From NCBI RefSeq assembly GCF_009914755.1, contig NC_060930.1: a DNA stretch of 64,000 nt; one strand, 5' to 3'. The translations under genes were made by a program, and so were the position numbers. Positions 38,701 through 50,758 of the stretch are shown here, one piece after another; positions within the stretch are counted from its first letter, which is position 1, and each line of letters starts with the position of its first letter. Source of the stretch: the human T2T-CHM13v2.0 reference genome, Homo sapiens. The notes under the pieces were generated by a model. It searched no databases and was not told where the DNA came from. It saw only the letters and a program-made list of their open reading frames with translations.

Positions 38701-39555
38701 AGAGGACAGTGCATTACCCTTTTGTACTTCAGACTCTTAATTATCACTTTTTTTTTCCAGTGTGAATATTACACATGCAAACATCTTTGAATTTAAGTCA
38801 TGTTGATGGAGCATTATGGACATCATTAACTGCCTCTGTTCTGGTTGGGAAGCAACAAATGCTTCTGAATGCTGCAGAATAAGACATCTAGTATGGGCGG
38901 AATTGTCGCACTGGATTCTAAATTCATCTCCTATAAGTGAGGAGAGATCTTAGTAAACATGTCATTTGTTAAGGGACAAATGTCAGAAAGATCCTTTCAT
39001 TCTCTATGTTTTACAAGAGAAGGAAGGGGAAAAATATAACTAAAAGCATTGTGCTCAAGGTGGGGACATTTCGTGCATGCTTCAGTGCATATGTTAGAAG
39101 CTAACTGATCCTTTAATTCAGCCATAGTTATAATCAAGTACTGTTATCATTAGAAATTATTCATAATGCACTTACAATTTTTTAAAACAGGTCTAAAATC
39201 TTTTCCTGACAAGATATCATAATTACCCTGTCAGTAGGCCAAGAGAATTGGGTCATTTCCGTAGTATTCAAAGAGGGGTGTTATGAAACCTGGGTCACAT
39301 CCTTATCCTAAATATCCAAAGGATAGAGGGTTCTATAAACATGTATCTACTAATGAACATTCCTCATATACCTAAGCAAATCAGATTTATGGGCCTATTT
39401 TAGACACTCTAGATAATACATCAATTTAGGAAATGGCTTGGTTTGCCTGTGTTAAATTCAAGCTCAGATCTAAAGCTTTGAGTATTTGAAGCCCTGGGAT
39501 GAAATTTTGTGGTCTTGAATATTAATGACATGCTACATCTTATGTTCCTCAGATT

Positions 39556-39729
39556 TAGGATTGACATTTATCAAATATAAATACAGAACACTCAGTTACA
39601 TTTGAATTTCAGATACAAATAATTTTTAGTATAAGTGTGTTTCATGCAAAATTTTGGACATACATATACCAACTTTGTATCTGAAATTCATATTTAATTT
39701 AGTGGCCCGTACTTTATCTGGGAACCTTA
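39556..39729. mobile_element. MER53 palindromic MITE
   Basis: taggattgaca..aaatacagaacactcagttacatttgaatttcagata..ttttagtataagt | ggacatac..tatctgaaattca.atttaa..tctgggaacctta. Confidence 0.8.
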
Positions 39730-40364
39730 CCCAGAATAAAAAGAGTATGTTTCCTTTTTCAGGTTGGTTATCTAATTTTTAGTGTTAGCATCACCTAGAA
39801 TTAAAGATAAATATCATTATTCCTTAATTGTTTAGCATCAGTCATTTATTTTGGGATTTTATACGTTTCTAGATTACTCTACTTAACTCACCATATTTTC
39901 TTAATTTGAGCTGATTATTAGCAATTCCTCAATTGGAGAAGATAAAAATAAAACGAACAAGAAAATTTCTTTGTGGGGACAATGTCAAAAATGAAGCCTA
40001 GTTTGCTGAAGATACAGAAGAATGAATATTGGGGGGTGAATCATGAGTTCTGATGCCATCATACTCATTTATTGTGCATCCTTAGACAAATCAATGAACT
40101 TCTCTGAGAACCATCTTTCTTGTTAATAAAATAAAATAAAATAAAATAGGTTCATTTAAAACATTTTAAGATTTTATTGATTTTAAAATAGTATTTTTTA
40201 ATTATAGTAAATCCACCCAAAAGATATTTTGTCCCATTTGGCCTTAAAGATGGCAGCAAAACATAAGCTGGTTGCCTCATCTCAAATTGTTTAAATCAGA
40301 CAATAAAAAAATTATTGTACATTTTTTTCCTGTTATATGCTATGGAACTGATAATATAAGCCAT

Positions 40365-41202
40365 TGTGTTCTTTTTCCATTTCTGTAATAACAAAGTACA
40401 GTGGGCCCTGTGTATCTGAAGGTTTCCCATCCACAGATTCAACCAACTATGGATCAAAAATATTTGAAAAAAAAAAACACCAAAAAAACAACAATTCAAC
40501 AATAAAACCAAAGTTTTATTGTTTAAATTGTTTTTAAAAACAATGTAAAAAGTAATACAGTATAATGACTATTTAAATAGCATTGAAATGGCATTAGATA
40601 TTACCAGTAATCTAGAGAAGATTTAAAGTATACCAGAGAATGTGAGCAGGTTATATGCAACTGCTAAGCATTTTACATAAAGACATAAGCATTTATTGAT
40701 TTTGGCATCCACAGGGATCCTGGAATCAATCCCCCATGGATATCAAGGGACAATTGTACCACAAATTTAGTGACTTGAGACAACACACATTTATTATCTT
40801 ATACTTCCAGAAGTCAGAATTTTGAAATGGCTTTCACTGGGCTAAAATCAAGGCTTTTGAAGAGCTTAGTTCCTTCTGGAGGTTCTAGGGAAAAATCTAT
40901 TCCCTTGCCTTTTCTCGCTTTTAGTTGCTACCTGCATCCCTTGACTCATGACTGCTCCCTTCATCATCAAATCTGGCTGGGTGGCATTTTCAAATCTCTC
41001 TCTGACTCTTGATTCCCCTGCCTTTGTCATACAGGGACCCCGTGATTACATTAGGCCTACCTGGCTAATCCAGGATAATTTTCCCATTTCAAAACTCTTA
41101 ATCACATCTTCAAAGTCTCTTTTGCTGTAGAAGGTAACATATTAACTGGCTTTGGAAATCAGGGTATAGTAATCTTGGAGGGCCATTATTCTACATATCA
41201 CA
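40365..41202 (-). mobile_element. MLT1C-like LTR split by MER2
   Basis: taacaaagta|ccacaaatttagtg.ctt..acaacac..atttattatctta..tcactgggctaaaatcaagg..ttccttctggagg.tctaggg..ccattattc..caca. TSD gccat/ggcat. Confidence 0.85.
40399..40756. mobile_element. MER2/MER2B (TcMar-Tigger)
   Basis: cagtgggccctgtgtatc..catccacagattcaaccaac ... tcctggaatcaatcccccatggatatcaagggacaattg. TA duplication at 40397-40398 and 40757-40758. Confidence 0.88.
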
Positions 41203-41234
41203 GGCATTTATTCACAGATTCAGTCAAAATACCA

Positions 41235-42495
41235 GTTATTCATTTCATTTATAGTTACTAAACACCAAGGATTTTTTCAGACAATGGACTTGCTTATAAA
41301 GAGACATAGATAATACATAGAATTTGTGCCCTAAAGAATCTCAGTGGAAGAGACTGACAGAGAAGCTGACAATTAAATTATGGACAATTAGGGCTAGAAG
41401 TCATGTGATGACATTGGAAGACACCTTACTCATTCTGAAAGATGGAATGTTGAAAGAAATACTATCAGAAGGTGGGACTATCTAAGATAAGTTGTGGAGA
41501 GTAACAGTGGGCTTGGGCAGGAGATTCACTAAGAGAGAACAGCATGAGCAAAGGCAAAGTCACAAGTAGGTTTCTTAAAGATAATAGTAATTAGATACGG
41601 GCATATACACTGTGGAGAGGTCAGTGGTGATCAATGAAGCTGAAGCTGAAATCAAAGCCCTAGATCACAGAGGGCTTTATATATGTTAAGGAGAAGGCAC
41701 TGCAAGCACTGAAACAATTCAACCAGAGAAGTACATGATCAAGTGGGCCTTTAAGGAAAATGAGTATTGTTGTGTGAGAGTGAGTCAGCCTTATCTACTA
41801 GGATACCAGTAATATAAATATTGCTGTGGATCACATATGAGATTGACACTATTTTAGGCAGTGGTAATAACTATGGAGAGAAGAATACGTATTTCAGTGA
41901 GACAGGAACAATTGTATTTCAGGAGCAACAGAGTATAAAGATTAAAAGACTTGACGAAAAGCTTTTCCATACTTATTTGGTTAAGTAAAAAGAGTTTCCA
42001 TTTGTGAAAATATAGAATACAGAAGGAATATATTGTGGTGTAAAGATGATAAGTTTAGTTTTTATTAGTTTAAAATTAGGGTGCTAAGAAAACTGTAAGT
42101 TGATTTGTTTGGTAGACAATTAAATTTATAGTGTCTAAGGCTCTTTGTAAAAGTCAGCATTAGAAATATAGATTTGAAATTTACCTAAATACAGATGGTA
42201 GAAGCCATGACAATAGATGAACTATTCCAGGAAACATTTTTAGAGTAGAAAAGTCAAGAAAAATGAATAGAGGGATATGATGGAAACTAATTATCTAAAG
42301 GACAGACAGAGTCCATAAAACAGATTGAAAAAGACAAGCCAGCTGGTTAGAGGAAAAACAAATAGAGACTAAGTCATGAAAGCTGCAGTAGGAGGGAGTT
42401 TTAAGGACCATACAGTGATCAAATCAAATATGATAAAAGCTAATAAATATTTAATGTGATTTAGAAACTAGAGGCCGTTGTTGACCTTGCCAAAA
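41235..42495 (-). mobile_element. L2 fragment (~1.25 kb)
   Basis: ttcatttcatt..ttactaaacacc..tgccctaaaga..gaacagcatgagcaaaggc..atgataagtttagttt..agaaatatagatttg..gaggccgttgttgaccttg. Confidence 0.7.
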
Positions 42496-42968
42496 ATAAG
42501 ACCTTATTTATAATAAACAGATAATAAAGTTGAGGAGATGATATAAAGGATGTTACATGCATGCATGTGCATACTCATATGCACAAAATATATAATCACA
42601 TGTAGTTGGGTTGGCCTATAAATGAAGTGACCACTTATTTCTTGCCCTTCTGACACCTTTGCCTGATCTTCCACTTTTAGCACTGTGTTGCATTTATCAA
42701 GTGGCTCAATGGACACAGATTTAAATGAGCTGTTTTCTCTCTTTCTCTGTCATTTCAGATTATGGTAAATTATTTCCTCATTTCTGAAAGTCATAGGTGT
42801 ACCTGCTACTGGGAAAAGCATGAAAAACATAATGCACTTGCTTCTTTCAAAAATATTCCTTTTAGTTAAAAACACTTAGACAAGACGTGAAGCTTCAGTG
42901 AGAATTTTATTATTATTTTTTGACCCAAGGATTTTCTAAAACTAAAACATTAGAATTTTTTCTATGCT

Positions 42969-45334
42969 TTTTAAATTTTTAATTCTTTTATTTCATTAGG
43001 TTTTTGGGGAACAGGTGGTGTTTAGTTACATGCATAAGTTCTTTGGTGGTGATTTCTGAGATTTTGGTGCACCCATCACCTGAGCAGTGTACACTGTACC
43101 CAATGTGCAGCCTTTTATCTCTTGCCACCCCCACCCTCTCCCTCGAGTCCCCAAAGTCCAATGTATCATTTTTATGCCTTTGCAACCTCATAGCTTAGCT
43201 CCCACATATGAGCGAGAATATACGATGTTTGATTTTCTGTTCCTGAGTTACTTCACTTAGACTAATAGTCTCCAATTCCATGCAGGTTGCTGCGAATGTC
43301 ATTATTTTTTTCCTTCTTATGGCTGAGTAGTATTCCATGGTATATATATATCCATGGAATACATATATATATATGCACACATTTTCTTATCCGCTCATTG
43401 ATTGATGGACATTTGGGCTGGTTCCATATCTTTGGCATTGCAAATTGTGTTGCTATAAACATGTGTGTGCAAGTATCTTTTTTGTATAATGACTTCTTTT
43501 CCTCTGGGTAGATACCTAGTAGCAGGATTGCTGGATCAAACTGTAGATATACTTTTAGTTCTTTAAGGACTCTTTACAGTGTTTTCCATAGCATCTGTGC
43601 TAGTTTGCATTCCCGTCAATAGTGCAAAAGCATTCCCTTTTCACCACATCCACGTCAACATCTATTATTTTTTGATTTTTTGATGATGGCCATTCTTGCA
43701 GGAGTGAGGTAGCATCACATTGTGGTTTTGATTTGCATTTCCCTGATAATTAGTAATATTGAGCATTTTTCCCTGTGCTCATTGGCCATTTGTTTATCTT
43801 TTTTTGAGAATTGTCTATGTATGTCCTTAGCATTTTCTTTCTTTCTTTCTTTTTTTTTAAACAGAGCCTTGCTGTGTCGCCCAGGCTGGAGTGCAGTGGC
43901 GCAATCTGGGCTCACTGCAACCTCTGCTCCAGGGTTCAAGCCATTCTCCTGCCTTAGTCCCCTTAGTAGCTGGGACTACAGGTGCATGCCACCACACCCA
44001 CTCAGCCCACTTTTCGATGGGATTGAATGTTTTTTCTTGCTGATTTGTTTCAGTTCTTTGTAAATTCCGGATATTAGTCCTTTGTCGGATATACAGATTG
44101 TGAAGATTTTCTCCCACTCTCTGGGTTACCTGTTAACTCTGCTGATTATTTCTTTTGCTGCACAGAAGCTTTTTAGTTTTGTTAAGTCCCATCTACTTAT
44201 TTCTGTTTTGTTGCATTTGCTTTTGGGTTCTTGGTCATGAAGTCTTTGCCTAAGACAATGTCTAGAAGGATTTTTCCGATACTATCTTCTGGAATCTTTA
44301 TGGTTTCCGGTCTTAGATTTAGGTCTTTAATCCACCTTGAGTTGATTTTTGTATAATGTGAGAGATGAGAATCCAAAATCATTCTTCTACATGTGGCTTG
44401 CCAATTGTCCCAGAACTATTTGTTGAATAGCGTGTCCCTTCCCCACTTTATGTTTTTGTTGGCTTTGTCGATGATCAGTTGGCTGTATTTGGCTTTATTT
44501 CTAGGTTCTCTATTCTGTTCCATTGGTCTATGTGCCTATTTTTATACCAGTATCATGTTGTTTTGGTAAATATGGCCTTATAGTATAGTTTGCAGTCGAG
44601 TAACTTGATGGCTCCAGATTTGTTTCTTTTGCTGAGTATTGCTTTGGCTATGTGGGCTCTTTTTGGTTCCATATGAATTTTAGGATTGTTTTCTAGTTTT
44701 TTGAAGAATGGTGGTGGTCTTTTGATGGGAATTGCACTGAATTTGTAGGTTGCTTTTGGCAGTATGGTCGTTTTCACAATATTGATTCTACCCATCCATG
44801 AGCATGGGATGTGTTTCTATTTTTTGTGTCATCTATGATTTTTTTTCAGCAATGTTTTTTAGTTTTCCTTGCAGAGGTCTTTCACGTCCTTGGTTAGATA
44901 TATTCCTAAGTATTTTATTTTATTTTTCATTTTTGCAGCTATTGTGAAAGGGATTGAGTTCTTGTTTTGATTCTCAGCTTGGCTGCTATTGGTGTATAGC
45001 AGAGCTACTGACTTGTGCGCATTAATTTTGTGTCCTAAAACTTTGCTGAATTCATTTACCTGTTCTAGGAGCTTTTTGGATTAGTCTTTAGGGTTTTCTA
45101 GGGTTAGCAAGGTTTGAGCCTAAGTTCCAAACCTGAGGACTCTAGAAAATTGGATTATAACATCAGCAAACAGAGACAGTTTGACTTCCTCTTCACTGTT
45201 TTGGATGCTTTCTTGTCTGATTGCTCTGGTTAGGACTTCCAGTACTATGTTGAATAGAAGTGGTAAAAGTGGAGATCCTTGTCTTGTTCCACTTCTCAAG
45301 GGGAATGCTTTAAACTTTCCCCTGTTCAGTATAA
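42969..45334 (-). mobile_element. L1PB1-like 5'-truncated element
   Basis: 3'UTR ggtttttggggaacaggtggtg..gattttggtgcacccatcacc. ORF2 remnants (44553-44795 MGRINIVK; 44197-44382 [18 protein letters not shown]). TSD ttctatgct at 42960-42968 and 45335-45343. Confidence 0.92.
43833..44000 (-). mobile_element. 5'-truncated AluS (right monomer only) inside L1PB1
   Basis: T-tail..gtcgcccaggctggagtgcagtggcgcaatc..gccaccacaccca, after which the L1 resumes (ctcagcccactttt). Confidence 0.88.
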
Positions 45335-45969
45335 TTCTATGCTAAAACAAACCTATGCTAATATTATTCTCTCCTCTTCAGAATGAAAAGTTTAAAAATA
45401 AGAAGTCATCGTTTTTAAAGAATAAAGAAGATCCTCAACAGCATCTAGACCTATTTGCTTTAGAGTCAGAAAAATTCTAATGTTGTAATTTTCCGCAAGA
45501 TATTTTCTCTGTGTGAGCGTTGTCATTGAGGATTTTTTCACTGATAGAGGTAAAAGACATTCTGTATTTTTAAGACAGTTGTTCAAATTTCTATTAAAAA
45601 TGAAAAAAGAATATAGGAGACACACAAAATTTATAAACTTTTCAATTGACAGTCTATATTTTAAAATAAGAATTGGAAGTCATGCTTGAGACTTAATGCA
45701 TTTTTAAGCTTTTAAATCATAACAGAAAAATGTCAAATGGGATGTGAAAATTGTCAAACTTTGTTTCTGAAAAAATCATTTACATAGTCTTCGTGATAAC
45801 ATTACATATAGCTCTCTTTCCTTTCTTTTTAAATATAAGCCTCATTAAAAGTAAATCCAAAATTCGAACTCTGGAATAGCATCATAATATGTAAATTGAT
45901 TAAAAAAATTTTTATCTCACAGATATAATACTTCTTTTTGACAAATGCAACTTTCAATGTTATAAAATA

Positions 45970-46110
45970 TTCATTCAATTCTCATAATTTACTATGAGAT
46001 AGGCATAAATATTATACCTAATGTGAATGCAAGGGATGTAATGGACTTCTCAAATGGAGGAACTGAAGTATGGGAGACTGAAGTAATTTGCCCAAAGTAA
46101 CGCAGGTGGT
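45970..46110 (-). mobile_element. MIR fragment
   Basis: aattctcataa..ctatgagatagg..gaggaactgaag..aagtaatttgcccaaagt.ac.cag. Confidence 0.6.
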
Positions 46111-46388
46111 CATTGCTCTACACAGGACCACAATGGTAAGATTACTGGAAATGCTCTCTCTCACTCTCATTCCTGAATTGAATTTTGTATTGCCTGGTGT
46201 CTTAGATTAATTTATTTGTTTATTTAGATTCAAATTGGTGAGATTCTAGATATGAAGTAGACTTTTTGTGTATGTATGTATGTATGCAAGTGTGTGAGGA
46301 ATGGAGGTGGTATGGAGGTGGGGAAGAATAGAATGGCAAATAGATTCTGGTGGAACCTCTTTTGAGATAACTAGCTTGAGATAAATAG

Positions 46389-46717
<329 letters not shown>

Positions 46718-47292
46718 CTGCTTTTTCTTGTTTAATCCAATTTTCTAGAGTCCTCAGCTTTGGAACTTAGGTTCAAACCTTGCTAAGAAAAATCTTAATA
46801 TTTCTCTCTTTCGGTATATATATATATGTATATTTCAGCCATCTTTCAGACACATTGGGAGGCATTTGCCTGTGACTTGTAATATGGCACAGATTTAGGC
46901 ATCTCTTGGATATTGAAGTCAAATATTACCTAAAAGTCTCCAAATAGTACCCCAAATTCTAAAGTACACTTAGGAACTATTAAGAGGATAACTTCCATTC
47001 AAATTAGACACAAACTCTAGATGTAATGAAAGAAAATATTGATAAATTCAAATAAAAACTTTTCCATGGCCAAAAAAATTAGCAAATAGACAATAAAAAT
47101 CAAATGACAAGGAGAAAATATTGCAGAGAAAAAATTCTGAAAATTGGAAAATTTTAGGGTAAAAAGGCTAAACATCTGACAGAAAAAATGAATAGACAAT
47201 TTGTAAGAAAATCAGTATAAAAGTGATCCTCCAACGCCAGAAGATATATTAGCTCTACTCATATGAGAGAAATACAAATTAAAATTACTCTG

Positions 47293-47718
47293 TGCTGGAG
47301 GGCAGTGGCTCACTCCTGCAATCCCAACACTTTGGGAGGTTGAGGTGGGAGAATCACTTGAGCTCAGGAATTTGAGACCAGGTTTGGCAACATAGCGAGA
47401 CCAGGTCTGTATAAAAAAATTTTAAAAATTAAAGAATCATCTGGGTGCATGGCACCTCACTGTAGTCCCAGCTACTGGAGAATAAAAAATCAATGGTAAA
47501 ACTAACTCAAAGAATAAAACACTTTAGTTAGGTAACACCATACAAATTAGTGTAGACAAATGTGATTACTGTAGACAGGGATCCTGAGGCAGGACCCCCA
47601 GAGGTCCAGGCTACAGGGAGCTATAATTGTGCCACTGCACTCCAACCTGAGTGACAGAGAGAGACCCTATCTAAAAAACAAACAAGCAAACAAACAAAAC
47701 ACCACACACACACACACA
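47293..47718 (+). mobile_element. AluJ carrying a ~100-bp non-Alu insertion in the right arm
   Basis: gcagtggctcactcctgcaatccc..tcacttgagctcagga..ctgtagtcccagctact[insert]ctgaggcagga..gccactgcactccaacctg. (CAAA)/(CA) tail. Confidence 0.88.
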
Positions 47719-48621
47719 ACTAGATGTCATCAAGTTGGCAAAAGTTAAAAAGCTTGACAAAATCTTCTGTTGGTGAAGCTGTGGAGAATCAGGCATATTT
47801 TACAAATGGGAATGCAAATGGGAATACAAACAGGTCTTGTGAAGTAGAAATCAGAAATATCTAGCAAAGTTGTGTTTATGTTTTATCTTTGACTCAACAA
47901 TTCCACTACTAGAAATTTACTCTGATGAGTAAAGTATGAAAATATGAAGTATGAAAATACTTCTGCACAAGATTATTCATTGCACTGTTTTGTAATTGCA
48001 AAATATTGCAAACAATATAAATGCAAATATATAGGATACTGGTTAATTGTGGTACATACACAATGAAGTACTGGATAGGTTTTATAAAAGAGCTCTTTGA
48101 CTAAATATAAAATGATTTCTCAGAATTTTTTAGTGAAAAAAAGCTAAGTGTAAATAATATTGACAAACTGTTATTTCTATATAAGAAAAAAGAGAAAATA
48201 TATAAAAGAATCAACCTACTTTTGAAAGAAAAAGCATAGGAAAGAGAAGTTATAAACTCATGAGATTTGGAATAGGAATACACTGGAAAGAATTAGGGGG
48301 CAATATGATTTTCTGAGTATACCTTTTTTGTACAGTTTTACTTTTGGAGCCACTTTAATATTTGACATAGACAAAAATAAATAAAAATTAAAAATTGGGG
48401 GCAAAAGGGCCTAAAATATAACATAAACAAGTTAAGCAAATTGTATTTCAAATAAAAAAATACATATGTATTTCAAATAAGTAAATACCTTCTTTTATCA
48501 GAAAATAAATGTTCAAGGAAGATGGGGCAGGAGGAAAAGACAAAGGAACCAGGCTGAAGGTGCTTCCATTGGGTTGATCTTAGACAATGTAAGCCTTAAA
48601 ATAGATAATGAAATTAATGGA

Positions 48622-48953
48622 TGCTATGGTTTGAGTGTTTGTGTACCACCCAAATTTACCTTGAAATACTAGCCCCAAGGGGATGGTATTAAGTGGTGGG
48701 CCTTTGGAAAATGATTAGGTCATGAATGGCATTAACGTGCTTATAATAGAGGATCTAGAGAGACTCCTCACCTCTTGCAACATGTGACGACACAGGAAGA
48801 AGGTGTCATCTATGAACTAGAAAGTGAGTGCCCTCTAGACCTCAAATTTGCTGGCACCTTGATCTTGGACTTTCCAGCCTCCAGAACTGTAGGAAATAAA
48901 TTTCTGTTGTTTATCAGTTACTCAGTCTAGAGAAGCCCGAAAGGATCAAGACA
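48622..48953 (+). mobile_element. MLT1A-like solo LTR
   Basis: tgctatggtttgagtgtttgtgt..gctggcaccttgatcttggactt.ccagcctccagaactgt..aaataaatttctgttgttta..aagaca. TSD atgga/atgaa. Confidence 0.88.
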
Positions 48954-49769
48954 ATGAATTATAACCCATTGAATGAAAACGAAATCTATGTGTCTTTAGT
49001 GATGTCAGTTACTAAGTATACAAGGGCTTAGGGCAGAAGGGAAAGTTCTTTATATACAGTATAATGCCAATTACTAAATGCAAAAGGAATGATGGAATTA
49101 AAAAATCACCATTTGAAAAATATTGTCAGAATAATTGATTCTGATACGGATAATAAATGGGAGTAAATTCGTGGGTAAGAATTTAATAAGGGAGAGGGTA
49201 TTTATGTTATTTCAAAATATGTCTCCTCAAATATTCATTAATACAAGGGAACCTTACCCTGCAGAAATCTGCTGACTTCACTTAATCAAGTAATAAGAGT
49301 TATTTCTAGTAATCGAACAAAGCAAAATCACTTGCATAACCTCAACTTAATATAAAGGAATCATCAGATAGATATAAATAGGGGGAAATTCTACAAAATA
49401 ACTGTCCTGTAGTCTTTAAAATTTTCAAGATCATAGATGGATGAAAAATGACTAAAGAACAGTTACAGATTTTAAAAATACTAAATAGATTAAAACTGAA
49501 GGCAACATGTGATTTGGGATTATATTATGGACTTTTCCGGTGAAAGACATTATTGAGACAATTAGCATTGAGGTCTGTAAATTACATCATGAAATTGCAT
49601 CAATTATACAATTGGAGTACTTATAATTAAGCTATTATACAAATATAATAGCTAAATAAGTATGTATTTATCCTGTTAGAAAATATACACAGGCATCATA
49701 TCTGCAGCTTACTCTCAAATGGTTTAGAAAAATATAAAATGTCCCTGTACAAAAAGAAAATTTTTTTTT

Positions 49770-49806
49770 CAGAAGAAAGGAGAGAGGAGAGCAGCTCCTT
49801 GTGAGA

Positions 49807-49842
<36 letters not shown>

Positions 49843-50300
49843 TGGACAGAGAGGGAGAGACAGACGGAGAGACATAGAGAGAGATAGAGAGAGAGAGACA
49901 GAGGGACAGAGAGACAGACAGACAGACAGACACACACACACGTCAGAACAGAAGAAAGGGGAGAGGAGAGCAGATCCCTGCGAGAGAGAGAGAGAGACAG
50001 AGAGAGAGATAGATGGACAGAGATAGAGGGAGAGAGAGACAGATCGAGAGACACAGAGAGAGACAGAGAGAGAGAGAGAGACAGAGGGACAATGAGAGAC
50101 AGAAAGACAGACACACATACACACGTCCAAACAGAAGAAAGGAGAGAGGAGAGCAGCTCCTTGCGAGAGAGACAGAGAAAGAGAGAGACAGAGAGACAGA
50201 TGGAGAGACACAGAGACAGAGAGAGAAAGGGGGAGGGGGAGAGGGAGGGAGAGGGAGGGAAGGATGGAGGGAGAGGGAAAGAGAGACAGAGAAAGAGAGC
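49770..50300. repeat. Three-copy ~180-bp tandem repeat built from (GA)n/(GACA)n/(CA)n tracts
   Basis: Anchor cagaagaaaggRgagaggagagcag.tcc.tg starts at 49770, 49949 and 50132 (periods 179 and 183). Confidence 0.92.
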
Positions 50301-50524
50301 CAAAAAGGCATAAAAAGAAAATTCTAAGAGAAAATATGGTGTATGTTAATAATTGGAGAATATGGGTTAAAGGTATACAAGAGATTTATGTGTTACTTTT
50401 GCAAGGTTTCTGTAAAATCATTTAAAATTAAAAATTTATAAAAAATGAAAATATGAAAGTTATAAAATATAAATATTTAACTCTTGACAGACAACGTTAA
50501 GGATAGACAACATGGCTGAAAGCT

Positions 50525-50758
50525 TATGAGCAAGTAAGTACTCTGGAGCCAAATTGACCTAGAGATACAATACCAGCTCTAGCATTTATTTGTTGTAATA
50601 TCTTGGGCAAGTTACTTCAAAGGTTTTGTCTCAGGTTCTTTATGTTTAAAATAGAAGTGTTTTACATGGGGGCCATTAGGAAGATTAATTGAATAGGTAC
50701 ATATATGTCACTCTCAGACAGAGGCTGGCACATAATGCATACTGTATAAATGCTTGCA
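50525..50758 (+). mobile_element. MIR
   Basis: actctggagcca..cagctct..cttgggcaagttactt..tgtctcag..gaagattaattga..ctggcacataa..ataaatg. Confidence 0.75.

Larger units (their letters stand above)
47020..50450 (+). mobile_element. L1MC4/5-like 3' region, split by AluJ, MLT1A and the GA-rich tandem repeat
   Basis: gaaatacaaattaaaat..ttggcaaaag..aattccact.ctagaaattta; long 3'UTR motifs aaaatcaccattt, attctacaaaataactg.cctgta.tctttaaaa, tctgcagcttactctcaaatggtt. Confidence 0.7.

Noticed and set aside
49770-50170. CRISPR-like pattern of a ~32-bp repeat with spacers
   Set aside because: The context is primate DNA, the spacers are homologous microsatellite tracts rather than unique sequences, and no cas genes are present.
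49668-50327. Long ORFs (211, 171, 122, 104 and 73 aa)
   Set aside because: These are low-complexity translations of the (GA)n/(CT)n repeat, which lacks stop codons by composition.
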